A stretch of DNA of 41,090 bases, from the UHGV virus genome UHGV-0314758; one strand, 5' to 3'. Both the position numbers and the translations under genes were made by a program. This stretch comes from a virus. Positions within the stretch are counted from its first letter, which is position 1. Every line of letters starts with the position of its first letter. Of the stretch, positions 25,722-36,778 are shown one piece after another. The notes beneath the pieces are model-generated. The model made no database searches. It was not told the DNA's origin and saw nothing but the letters and a program-made list of their open reading frames with translations.

Positions 25722-27428
25722 ATGCCAATTTATACAGATGACCCGGGGCAGGGTATTAACCAGCCGTTGTCGAATGCCCCGGCAGGGCTGGGTGAATCGC
25801 TTCTTTCCTCACTAAAAGAGGGGTTCAACGAAGGGCCTGTCGTATCAGGCTATCGGTTTTCCCAGGCCGAGAGGCTGGCGAATGATCCCAATTCGACCAT
25901 TGTCGCCAAATCGGATGCCGATGCTCGCCTGAAAGAGTACGGCGTGAAAAGCATTAACGTACCGGAAAGTGGCGTCACACAGTCGTATCTTGACCATGTG
26001 ATCAGCGAGCGCCGGGAATCGCTGGCGAAACAGCAGATCGCCATGTCGGCCCCGTCCGGATGGGTAGCCACTCCGCTTAACTTTGCAGCAAATCTTGCCG
26101 GTTCCATGGCTGATCCAGGAAACGTGGCGCTGGCGCTGGTCCCGTTCGGTGGAGAAGCGAAGGCGGCAACCATGCTTGGGCGTTTCGGCGAGCGTTTGGC
26201 TACCGGCGCGCGGCTTGGCGCTGGCCAGGCCATTGCCACCGTGCCACTCACGGCACAGGCAGCAGCAGCAGAAGGCGACGACTTCACCTATGGCAATGCG
26301 CTGGAGAGCACCTTCTTTAATACCCTGGCTGGCGGGCTGATGCACGCAGGCGGCGGGCTGATCGCTGATGTAGTGCGTTCCCGCAGGGCGGCCGCTGGTG
26401 AAAACCCTGCCACCCCGGCAGACGCTCAGCCCGTAACTGATGCTCAGCCAACGCCGGTGGTCACGCCTGACAACATCCCGGCAGGTGTCAATATTCCTGA
26501 GTCCGGCACCAACGCTGACCTGTCAGCGGCAATCGCGCGGGATGCAGAGGCCTATGCCTACAGCCGCGCCTATGATGATGTCGTGCCGGAATATCTGGCC
26601 CGTCAGCAGGAGGTACAGACCGGGCGCGTCGACAACGTGGCCGATCTGCGCACTGAGCTGGCGGCCAACAACCGGCAAAGTGAAGCGCTTGACGCTACGC
26701 TGGCCCAGCGTACAAAAGAGTACCAGGCGCAACGTATGAACTTCAAAGCGGCGCGTGCCAGGGCACAGCGTGATATTCAGGGTGAGAAAGACACTATCGC
26801 CGCGCGTAATCAGGAAATTAACCAGACGCTTGAGCGCAACGCCGCCGCAGAACAGGCGCGCGGCAGAGAGTCGCAACTGTCACGAAAAGAGATCCCCGAC
26901 GACCTGGCCCCATTAATCGACCAGCGCGCACAGCAGATCCGCGAAAGCATGCTGATGTCGCCGGTCGCCGGTGCCGTTCGTACAGCGTCGGCAGCAGTGC
27001 GGGAGGCCGACTGGAGCGTAAACCAGCAGGCTTACCGTGGCGCGCTGGCGCACATGATGGAAGGCCGCTCGCCTGACCTTGAGCCATTCTATGACCTTCA
27101 CAAACCAGCGCTACGCGAGCGTGCTATCCAGCGCATCCAGAACCCGGTGCGGCAAGCTGATGAAGGTTCACGCACCGTCAGTGAAATCGCCGATCGTGTG
27201 TGGCAGGATACGCAGAAGGCTGACCATGAAATCACAGCGGCCACTGCCGATCTGGAAAATGAATTTAATATCAGTGACGCGCTGCTGAACGACATAGCCA
27301 CAGATAACCCTGAGCTGGCAGCGTCAATGCGCAAGAACATTGCCGCGATCCGTGCAGAGGCCAGTGATGACTCTATCGGCAAAGCGTATCGCGCTTTCGC
27401 CGCCTGTATGATTAACCGGGGGCTGTAA
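25722..27428 (+). CDS. injection/internal virion protein
   Basis: 568 aa, Ala-rich with coiled-coil segments. Confidence 0.5.
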   Translation: MPIYTDDPGQGINQPLSNAPAGLGESLLSSLKEGFNEGPVVSGYRFSQAERLANDPNSTIVAKSDADARLKEYGVKSINVPESGVTQSYLDHVISERRESLAKQQIAMSAPSGWVATPLNFAANLAGSMADPGNVALALVPFGGEAKAATMLGRFGERLATGARLGAGQAIATVPLTAQAAAAEGDDFTYGNALESTFFNTLAGGLMHAGGGLIADVVRSRRAAAGENPATPADAQPVTDAQPTPVVTPDNIPAGVNIPESGTNADLSAAIARDAEAYAYSRAYDDVVPEYLARQQEVQTGRVDNVADLRTELAANNRQSEALDATLAQRTKEYQAQRMNFKAARARAQRDIQGEKDTIAARNQEINQTLERNAAAEQARGRESQLSRKEIPDDLAPLIDQRAQQIRESMLMSPVAGAVRTASAAVREADWSVNQQAYRGALAHMMEGRSPDLEPFYDLHKPALRERAIQRIQNPVRQADEGSRTVSEIADRVWQDTQKADHEITAATADLENEFNISDALLNDIATDNPELAASMRKNIAAIRAEASDDSIGKAYRAFAACMINRGL

Positions 27429-29962
27429 TGGCTAACGAATTTCTGACGCAATGCGAAATGACCGTCAATACAGCTGCCGGGCGCAAGCTGTCTGAGGACG
27501 AAATGGAATCGCTGGTGCGTGACATGAACGACACCACCAACCGGATCCTGGCTGGCAATGAAGCCCTGACGCTGGAAGAGGCTGCGATGCGCGCCGCGCA
27601 AGAGCTTGGCAACCGTGATCAACTGGCAAAAGTAATCGAGGCACGCAACAAAGCTATAAACACGCGCATTGCAGCGCAGCGCCTTGGCGAGCTTCGTAGG
27701 ACTTGGAAAGACAGACCTGACATCGGGCTTGAGGCAATGCTGGTTGGCCGTAATGACGCGCGTACCGGATCACGCCGATCTGTATCGTCTGAGGTGGCCC
27801 AACTGCGCGGTAAGTATCACGCCGGTATCAACTACGATTTCGACCAGGCCGGACTGGTTAAATTTATTGCCAGCGGCAGCAACGACCGGGAGATCGCAGA
27901 CGCTATGTGGCGCATCGGTCGCGGACAGAAAACGGACGGAATGACACCGCAATCAGTAAGCGCCGCTAAGATCATCATGAAGTGGCAGGAAACTGCGCGC
28001 GTGGATGAAAACCGTGCTGGTGCGTGGATTGGCAAGATGCCCGGCTATATCGTCCGGCAGTCTCATGACATCCTGAAAATCCGTGCCGCCGGGTATGAGT
28101 CCTGGCGCAATGCCATTCTACCGCGGCTGGATGATGCCACCTTTGACGGGATCTCAGACCGAGAAGGGTTCCTGCGTGGTGTCTACGACGGCCTTGCCTC
28201 CGGTGTTCACCTGACATCTGAAAAGCCTGACTGGATGAATGGCTTCAAGGGATCTGCGAATGCGGCGAAACGCGCCAGCCAGGAGCGCGTGCTGCACTTC
28301 AAAGACGGTGTGAACTGGCACGAATACAATGAGCAATTCGGGACCGGCAGCCTGCGAGAAGCTGTATTCGGTGGACTGAACAGTGCAGCGCGCACGACGG
28401 GCATGATGCGCGTGCTGGGCACCAACCCGCAGAACATGTTCAAGTACCTGACTGACACCATCGCAAAAGACGTGAGCAAGCAGAGCAACCCGGCGGCGCT
28501 GGCAGACTTCATGACCAAAGTGCGTCGGCTGAATCGGACGGTGATGCCCCAGGTTGATGGGTCGCTGAATATCCCCGGCAGTGTCGGCTGGGCAAATGCC
28601 TCCGCTAATGTTCGCGGCTGGCTGCGCATGAGCCAGCTCGGCGGCGCAGTTATTTCGTCTTTTAACGACGTACCGATCTCGGCGACAGAAATGCGTTATC
28701 AGGGCCAGAACTTTATGCAGGCGCTGACCGGCGCAATGAAGGGCCGCTTTTCCCGTTATACCAGTGATGAGCAGAAGGAGATCCTGTCGTCTATCGGTGT
28801 TTACTCCGACACGATGACCCAGGAAATCATACGCCGCATGTCCGGCGACGACAGCATGAGCGGGAAGATGGGACGCGCACAGCAGTTGTTCTTCAAATAT
28901 AACCTCATGAATTTCTGGACAGAATCCGGGCGTAACAGCAATGCCATGATGATCACCAACTGGCTGGCGAAGAACGCCGATCAGCAGTTCACTGCGCTTC
29001 CGGAAGACCTGCGCCGCGTTCTTGACCTGCACGGTATCGGTGATGCTGAGTGGAACATATACCGCAAAATGGACATGGCAGACAGCGAAGGGCGCAAATT
29101 CATGACGACCAGCGGTATCCGCGCTGTGCCGGATGAAGTGATTGGTGACTATGTGGCGTCAAAAGGCCTGAAGGTCACCGAGCGCTCTATTGCCGACGCC
29201 AGAGAGACGCTGGAGAGCCAGCTGCGGGGTTACATTCTGGACCGACTTAACATCGCCATGTCAGAGCCTGGCGACCGCACGCAGGCGTTTATGAAGATGG
29301 GCACGGTGCCGGGCACGGTGGCGGGGGAAGCGGTGCGCTTCGCAGGGCAGTATAAATCTTTCACCGCCAGTTTCATGCAGAACGTTCTGGGGCGTGAGGT
29401 GTTCGGACGCGGATACACTCCCGCCGGGCTTGGTGAGTCTAAAACCGGATCGCTGACCAATGCGTTGTTACGGAATGGAAAGGGAGCCTTCCTTGGAGCT
29501 GCAAACCTCTTTGTCTGGGCAACTATGTTTGGTTATATCTCCATGCAGGCAAAACTCATGCTGAAAGGGCAGACTCCACGCCCGGCAGATGCCAAGACAT
29601 TTCTCGCAGCCGCATCTCAGGGGGGCGGGCTTGGCATCTTGGGCGACTTCATGTTTGGCGAAGTAAACCGCATGGGAGCAGGGCCTGTTACGTCGCTGAT
29701 GGGGCCTGCAGCATCGAACGCTGACAGTATTATCACGCTGCTCCAGCAGACCACGCGCGGCGATGCGGACCTGGGTGACTGGTATCGCACAGCTCTGGAC
29801 AATACTCCTTTCCTTAATGTGTTCTGGCTGCGTACGGCGATGAATGGTTTAATATTAAACCGTATACAGGATGCTCTGGACCCAGGATCGCTTGAGCGTT
29901 ATCAGCGCCGTGTTGAACGTGAGCAGGGCAATGACTTCCTGATCTCACCATCGCAGTTCATG

Positions 29963-29966
29963 CTAG
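29963..29966. repeat. IS5 target-site duplication CTAG (left)
   Basis: CTAG is present on both sides of the element, at 29963-29966 and 31163-31166. Confidence 0.7.
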
Positions 29967-31162
<1,196 letters not shown>

Positions 31163-31166
31163 CTAG
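31163..31166. repeat. IS5 target-site duplication CTAG (right)
   Basis: See the left copy. Confidence 0.7.
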
Positions 31167-31176
31167 GTAAATAATA

Positions 31177-31737
31177 ATGAAGAAAATTATATTTTTTGTT
31201 TCAATAATGATGTCTGCATTTTCTTTTGCAGGGCAAAATGTCAAATGCGAACTTAAATACTTTGGGGATAGCGATAAATTCAAGGTAACTGAGTTTTCTT
31301 TTATGGGGATTCCATCTGATTCATACCTTTATACCTGTGCAGACTGTGGAGATATCCAGATAAACGTGTTCCCATCTATTCAGTCTGTCGCTTCCTACTC
31401 ATTTGAAAACAACATTGATTTTGAAAGGAAAATCAATGCTGAATACAACAGGAAAGACATAGCTAAACTTGAAATGGAAAATGTTACTCAAGGTGGGAGA
31501 ATAAATTACTCAATCACCGATACTGGTTTGGCAGAGTTCTACCCAGAAGGCAAAAAAACAAGTTACCTATACTTTTTAGCAAAGCAAAAAAAAGGTAAAG
31601 AACAAGTAGGTTATTCAGGATTTGTTACTTCTAACGGTGATAAGTCATGCTCAATTATTGCGACATATCCAGGAAAAGAAATATCTTCTCAGGGAAGTAA
31701 ATCGCTAAGCTACTTTATGAACCATATCTCAATGTAG
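31177..31737 (+). CDS. AT-rich moron: secreted protein with signal peptide
   Basis: 186 aa. MKKIIFFVSIMMSAFSFAGQ is a Sec signal. The GC content is far below the phage average. It originally abutted the stop of the upstream virion gene as TAATAATG and is now separated from it by IS5. Confidence 0.55.
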   Translation: MKKIIFFVSIMMSAFSFAGQNVKCELKYFGDSDKFKVTEFSFMGIPSDSYLYTCADCGDIQINVFPSIQSVASYSFENNIDFERKINAEYNRKDIAKLEMENVTQGGRINYSITDTGLAEFYPEGKKTSYLYFLAKQKKGKEQVGYSGFVTSNGDKSCSIIATYPGKEISSQGSKSLSYFMNHISM

Positions 31738-31738
31738 C

Positions 31739-31750
31739 GTGACATGTCAC
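31739..31750. repeat. 12-bp perfect palindrome GTGACATGTCAC (copy 3 of 3)
   Basis: Read directly, 1 nt after the moron stop codon. Confidence 0.6.
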
Positions 31751-31762
31751 AACGCTACCCAT

Positions 31763-31786
31763 TAAAAAGCCCGCTATGCGGGCTAT
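31763..31786 (-). terminator. rho-independent terminator for hicBA
   Basis: On the minus strand: AGCCCGC-ATA-GCGGGCT followed by TTTTTAAT, directly after the hicA stop. Confidence 0.55.
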
Positions 31787-31983
31787 TAAAAATACTTATC
31801 TAAACCAGCGTCTTTCAATATGTTATTTGCTGTGTGTTTCGATTTCACAGTAAACGGAACAGAAAAATTCCTTGATGACAATGGACTATACCATATCTCA
31901 TGACTGCCTTTTCCTTGCCTTACAAAATAACAATTTGCAGACTTAAGGATATCAACGAGCCTGGGGTATAGTCCTGTACCCAT
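31786..31983 (-). CDS. hicA: HicA-family mRNA interferase toxin
   Basis: 65 aa (...FVRQGKGSHEIWYSP...NILKDAGL...) with the conserved G-S-H motif of HicA/YcfA. Confidence 0.7.
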   Translation of the reverse strand: MGTGLYPRLVDILKSANCYFVRQGKGSHEIWYSPLSSRNFSVPFTVKSKHTANNILKDAGLDKYF

Positions 31984-31986
31984 ACA

Positions 31987-32244
31987 CTACAGTGCCATTC
32001 TGTCAGTGAAGTTCTGTTCCTGAATGAAGGATAAATGCAGCCGTTTGAGGTTGCCTTTGTATCCGTTCATTTCATATAGCTCAGGAGCTATCTCCCACAC
32101 TCTTTCGGTAAGATCTTCGTAAGAGTCAGCTTCAGTGGAGAGCCCAAGATCTTCACAGTATGCCACCCATACATTCTCTTCTGTATCGTGACACACGTTT
32201 ACTTTGAAAAGGCTCGAGAATTTCAACACATCATCAGTTCTCAT
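31987..32244 (-). CDS. hicB: HicB-family antitoxin (short form, N-terminal domain only)
   Basis: ATG 32244 with a perfect AGGAGG RBS. ...NVWVAYCEDLGLSTEADSYEDLTERVWEIAPELYEM... matches the HicB/UPF0150 N-terminal fold. The ORF track's 32292 start is an unsupported extension. Confidence 0.55.
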   Translation of the reverse strand: MRTDDVLKFSSLFKVNVCHDTEENVWVAYCEDLGLSTEADSYEDLTERVWEIAPELYEMNGYKGNLKRLHLSFIQEQNFTDRMAL

Positions 32245-32258
32245 AGTCGCCTCCTGTT

Positions 32259-32273
32259 TTACCTTATTGGTAA
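32259..32273. promoter_or_regulatory. operator-like palindrome TTACCTTATTGGTAA at +1 of the hicBA promoter
   Basis: Minus-strand promoter: -35 TTGACG (32300..32295), 16-bp spacer, -10 TAGTAT (32278..32273). The palindrome lies immediately downstream of the -10, and the AGGAGG RBS follows it. Confidence 0.55.
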
Positions 32274-32336
32274 TACTAAGCCACCCATGCAATCCGTCAA
32301 GAATTATTTTAAAAGCGCTTCCCTGCGCCAGCAGCC

Positions 32337-33041
32337 TCAGTAACCCTTGGCCTTAGCCACCACGTACTGTGCGTGCGTCTCTATGTCGCGCAGTACGGCG
32401 CCGATACCAACAATGTAGCTGAGCATGGCCGTGACCTCTGCGGCGGCGCCGGATACATCATGCCCGTCAGCATCGAGTTCCCGGAGCAGCTTCATTACCA
32501 TTGAGCTTTTGGCCAGTTCACGCAGGCCATCAGGTGAATGGATATGATCCTGATAGCGTCGGTTAAGAGGGAAGGTGTAATGCTTCTGCTCGACCTGCAA
32601 TGCATCCATGATCGCCGGCAACATGCTGCTGGTCATCTCCTGCGCCAGCATGCGGGCTTTATCAGTCTGGGAGAGTTCTTCCCGAACGTAGCGGCCAGTC
32701 TTGCGGATCTGCGGCAGCACCTCGCTGGTTACCCATTTGCGGAAGCGGTAGGGTATAGACCCTTTTTTGGTAGCATCACGGCAGCGTAATATCATAGTGT
32801 AAAGGCCTGGTTCAGATATCACACTCAGGCTTTGAGGCCCAATTCCAGGCTGACTGTCGGTTAAACCGACGGTATCTTTTTCATCATCATCAAGCTTGAG
32901 AAGAGCATCGCGGTTGTTAGAAATTCCCAATGCATTACACACATCAATAGCAACAAACCATGGCTCACCGTTAATGGTAAATGTGCGAATTTTAACCGTA
33001 GAGTCGAAAGAGAAAATAGACAGTGCATTTTGTGCAGTCAT
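32337..33041 (-). CDS. Bro-N domain antirepressor
   Basis: ATG 33041 with an AAAGGTG RBS. MTAQNALSIFSFDSTVKIRTFTINGEPWFVAIDVCNALGISNNRDA... matches a Bro-N domain. The C-terminal roughly 75 aa are paralogous to the 33361..33621 product. Confidence 0.7.
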   Translation of the reverse strand: MTAQNALSIFSFDSTVKIRTFTINGEPWFVAIDVCNALGISNNRDALLKLDDDEKDTVGLTDSQPGIGPQSLSVISEPGLYTMILRCRDATKKGSIPYRFRKWVTSEVLPQIRKTGRYVREELSQTDKARMLAQEMTSSMLPAIMDALQVEQKHYTFPLNRRYQDHIHSPDGLRELAKSSMVMKLLRELDADGHDVSGAAAEVTAMLSYIVGIGAVLRDIETHAQYVVAKAKGY

Positions 33042-33200
33042 AGTGATCACCTTTGTAGTTAGGTTAATCACCACCGGAGGTTCCAATCTCTGAGGTGGTG
33101 AGACGTACAGGGTTGGAACTACCGGCTACAAAGGACCCGGCGCACCTTTCGGTGCCCCTGCACGCCCCACCATAATTCGAATGTGGCCGTGCTGAACGCA

Positions 33201-33221
33201 TAAAAAAACCGCTTACGCGGT
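33201..33221 (-). terminator. rho-independent terminator (minus strand)
   Basis: Minus strand ACCGC-GTAA-GCGGT followed by TTTTTTT. It lies between the small SOS gene and the Bro-N gene. Confidence 0.5.
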
Positions 33222-33313
33222 AAAGCGCCTCTGTAGTCATCCGGGGTTCCAATCCCGGCACCGGATTTTGCCGATGCCCGATCACTATGGCACAATGGGA
33301 ATGGGTTGTAAAT

Positions 33314-33328
33314 TTACCATTTTGGTAA
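33314..33328. promoter_or_regulatory. operator-like palindrome TTACCATTTTGGTAA
   Basis: Perfect palindrome flanked by TTGTAA (-35-like, 33306-33311) and TAATAA (33329-33334). Confidence 0.5.
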
Positions 33329-33360
33329 TAATAAACCCATCGTTATTTTGATTTCAATCA

Positions 33361-33621
33361 CTATCTGAGTTGCTGCCGCAACTGCATCGCGCAGAAATCC
33401 AGATGCGTTTGCAGCTCCCGCATCGACAACTGCGAGCTTGTCACATAGTTAACCAGTGCCACCAGTTCCGCCGCCGCACCGCTGACATCGTGGCCGTCTC
33501 GCTCCATCTCCCTGAGCAACTCCATCAGCTGTGATTTTACAACCAGGGATCTGACCCCTTCCGGGGTGTGAATACGATCCGCAAAACCTTCGTCGACAGG
33601 ATACTGGTACCGCTCTGGCAT
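33361..33621 (-). CDS. small protein paralogous to the antirepressor C-terminal domain; SOS-regulated candidate antirepressor
   Basis: ATG 33621 with a GGAG RBS. MPERYQYPVDEGFADRIHTPEGVRSLVVKSQLMELLREMERDGHDVSGAAAELVALVNYV aligns with the Bro-N protein C-terminus (RRYQDHIHSPDGLRELAKSSMVMKLLRELDADGHDVSGAAAEVTAMLSYIV). A LexA box lies 19 nt upstream. Confidence 0.55.
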   Translation of the reverse strand: MPERYQYPVDEGFADRIHTPEGVRSLVVKSQLMELLREMERDGHDVSGAAAELVALVNYVTSSQLSMRELQTHLDFCAMQLRQQLR

Positions 33622-33639
33622 TAGGAATACTCCCATAAA

Positions 33640-33659
33640 TACTGTATATATATACATAT
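33640..33659 (-). promoter_or_regulatory. LexA (SOS) box TACTGTATATATATACATAT
   Basis: CTGT-N8 (ATATATAT)-ACAT, a 17/20 match to TACTGTATATATATACAGTA. Lies immediately upstream of the 33621 start. Confidence 0.6.
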
Positions 33660-33695
33660 ATCAAAACGTAACAAAGTTTTCCAGAGCTCTTTTGT

Positions 33696-33710
33696 TTACC
33701 TTAATGGTAA
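33696..33710. promoter_or_regulatory. operator-like palindrome TTACCTTAATGGTAA
   Basis: Perfect palindrome in the divergent region between the SOS-regulated small gene and the tailspike. Confidence 0.5.
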
Positions 33711-33812
33711 TGTTTTTGCTCGTTTCGATCTGTTTTATTCATATATGGTTTGATGGGTAATAGAATGATCTCCAGTGTGGCGCGCCGGGCGCTGCGACAT
33801 CCGGAGATTTCA

Positions 33813-36408
33813 TATGACGGTCTCAACCGAAGTCGACCATAACGACTACACAGGGAACGGCGTTACCACATCTTTCCCGTACACGTTCCGCATCTTCAAG
33901 AAGTCAGATCTCACCGTCCAGGTCGCTGACCTTAACGAAAATATTACGGTGCTGACTCTGGATACCGATTACTCCGTTACCGGGGCGGGTACCTATTCTG
34001 GCGGGAATGTTGTGCTGATGTCCCCGCTGGCCAACGGATGGCAAATCTCTATCTCGCGTGATCTGCCAGTTACCCAGGAGACTGACCTACGCAACCAGGG
34101 GAAGTTCTTCGCAGAGGTCCATGAGGATGCTTTCGACAAGCTGACCATGCTTATCCAGCAGTGCTTTAGCTTTCTCCGCCTGGCCCTGCGTAAGCCATCA
34201 TTCATCGCGAACTATTACGACGCACTAAACAACCGCATTCGTAACCTGCGTGACCCGTCACAGGCGCAGGATGCTGCCACGAAGAATTATGTTGATGAGC
34301 AGATCGTTGACAACACCAATGCCTGGAAAGCTGGTGATGCTGTTCTTGACCAAAAAATAGATGCTAATTTTAAAAAGTCGCTACGGATACCAGAGTCCTA
34401 CATTGGTGCATTGCCATCGGTTGAAATGCGTAAAAACAAAATTATAGCTATGGATAATAATGGCAATCCTTTGATGGTATTGCCTGAAAGTGGAAGCGCA
34501 GCAGATGTAATGATCGAATATGCTAAACCCTCTGGAAGCGGGAACATTGGAGTTCTAACCGGAGGTACTGTTGAGGATGCAATAAAATACGTCACTCCGG
34601 AAATGATGAGGGTTAATGGTGAGCGATATATTCACGGCGTAACATCTGACGCAACTAAATTTTTACAGGCAGCGATAGATTACGGCAAAGCGAATAGCTT
34701 GCCTGTATATTTATCAAAAATGTATCCGTGCATATCTTCGCCAATAGAGTTTAATCTGCCATTCGATGATGGGACTGTATATCCTGGATGGATAGGGAAT
34801 GGCGATTCCAACATCGCGCCTGAAACACCAGTTAAGGCTAAAGCTTCCCTGCGCGTCTACGATGATTCAATCATTGTTGGTGAAAACCAACACACTTGTG
34901 GAATTATTGGAAATTTTTCAAAAACTGCGGGCCCTTGGAATCATACATCTGCCATGGGTCTCTACGTTGCAGGTGATAGCGGACCTGATCAATACATTAA
35001 GTATCACTTTTCTGATTTCAGGATAAGCGGATTCTTTATTGGCCAATGGGTTGATGGTACCGTAAACCGTTGTGTAGAGAATAATATGATGTACTCAGGA
35101 TGTGCCATTCCTGCGTGTTATCAAGGTTCTGACTCTTTGGCACAAACTGGGCTAACGTTGTATTGGTATAATATTACAGGCCCAGTGTTCGGAGGACGTT
35201 GGTTAACAAGAAATCACGCGTATGCATCTCAGTACCTTCCGCCGTACCCGGCATCAGATATTCATCGTGCAGGATGGAATGATTCGTATCATGTAGAGAA
35301 ATTTCATTATTATGGTGATACTGGGATGAACTGGACGCATCCAGCATATGCCGCTCTTGACTCTTGGTTTGATACATATGTTTTTAAGTCTGCAAACTGC
35401 TTGCCTACAGCCAGTGGTGGCAGGCTCTCAAATAATCAACAGCCTGGTGTATATCCTGTAGATACCTATAAAGGTGTTTCTGGTAGAGCCAGAACAATAT
35501 TTTCTCTTCCTGGGAGAGAAATACTTCATTGCAACATCCAGGAGGCTAAAGTGCTATGGTCTCCAAGAACTCCATTTCATCAGTCTGCACAATTTGTTGC
35601 CGGTTTTAAGTCATATGTGGGTAACAGCAAAATTAAGACAGCAATTATTGAACGAGTAGGCATTATAAACTATTCAGCTGGTGATGTTCCTGGAAATAGA
35701 TTCAATGTGGATAACGTAGATCCTTATGATTCTTCACAAACAACTTTCCCAGCAATGGTTACGCGCGGTAATATTTTTGCTATGGATGTCGTAAAAGGTG
35801 GGGCGGTTCAAACTGCGCCTGTAAATGAGTTTACAGGGACAAGAATTGGAGCAGGTGAGAACATAGTTTCTCAAAGGAAGCTTGGGGATACAGCGAACTA
35901 TCGTCTATTTGGTTTGCAAGAGCTTAACGGCACAAATCTGTCAGATAAGTATGTATTTAATCGCAATGATGCTTACATGCCTCCGATATCATTCCCAGGC
36001 GGTAACGCTGCTCAATTCAAATATCTCTATGGGTCATTTACCCCAACCATCACAATAGGAGGATCAAGTGTAACTCCATCATCAATTACTGGTGTTTACA
36101 GGCGATTTGGCGATGTGGTGCGTTGCGACATACGAGTCAGATCAACCTCGTTACTTATAAGTACTGCGGGTGCTATTGTTATAAGTGGACTTCCATTTGT
36201 CGCCGCTTCCATACAGGAAGGAAGCTCAAAGGGAAGCGTGATATTAAGCACGGCAACAAGTGTTTTCGTAATGCCGCTAGTTACTGCTGGAACTAATCAA
36301 GTTACAATTATTAAATCTTCTGCTCAGGAGTTATATTCACAAGCAGCAGGGACATTTGATTTCACACTTCAGTGTACATTTGATTATGTAGTTCCATTTA
36401 ATTCATGA
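33813..36408 (+). CDS. tailspike/tail fibre protein with mosaic receptor-binding region
   Basis: ATG 33813 with a GGAG RBS (MTVSTEVDHNDYTGNGVTTSFPYTFRIFKKSDLTV...). The N-terminal roughly 175 aa are GC-rich, as expected for a conserved anchor. From about 34340 the gene becomes AT-rich and beta-helix-like (...GWIGNGDSNIAPE...). The ORF track's 33775 start is a non-ATG extension. Confidence 0.7.
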
Positions 36409-36413
36409 GGTGA

Positions 36414-36689
36414 ATGATGTCATTTAAAGTTAACCAATCTACTGATAAAAAAATAGCATATCCTGCATTGGGTATATGGATGCCATCCGAAACTATTGAA
36501 ATTGAAGTGGAATATACTGCCACCTCATTAATTTCTGTTAGCGAAGGAAAGGCCTCGGTTAAATTTATTGTTAATGTCATTGACTGTTTGGCTCCTGGAG
36601 AATTGATCCATACTTTTGAATATTCAGGTTCAGGAAATCCACTTGCTGAAGCTGAAAACTCTTTAATGAGTAAATTGGGACAATCATAA
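36414..36689 (+). CDS. small AT-rich protein co-transcribed with tailspike (possible chaperone/accessory)
   Basis: A GAGGTGA RBS overlaps the tailspike stop. 91 aa and beta-rich, with the same low GC as the tailspike C-terminal module. I prefer it over the antisense ORF 36398..36757. Confidence 0.45.
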   Translation: MMSFKVNQSTDKKIAYPALGIWMPSETIEIEVEYTATSLISVSEGKASVKFIVNVIDCLAPGELIHTFEYSGSGNPLAEAENSLMSKLGQS

Positions 36690-36778
36690 CTATTACCATT
36701 TATCCATAAACGGTTTATTGTGTATGATGAGCTTACCAAACTAAGGAGGTTCATCATGCATAGTAAACGGTGGTCATC

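Noticed and set aside
33240-33268. tRNA-like T-arm/acceptor fragment TCCGGGGTTCCAATCCCGGCACCGGA, considered as a possible tRNA 3' fragment or att core
   Set aside because: The T-loop has a pyrimidine at the conserved purine position. There is no matching 5' acceptor strand or D/anticodon arms upstream, and no CCA. It is probably chance GC-rich structure.
36398-36757. 119-aa minus-strand ORF opposite the small post-tailspike gene
   Set aside because: The plus-strand ORF has a strong RBS coupled to the tailspike stop. The minus ORF would run antisense into the holin RBS region with no signals of its own.
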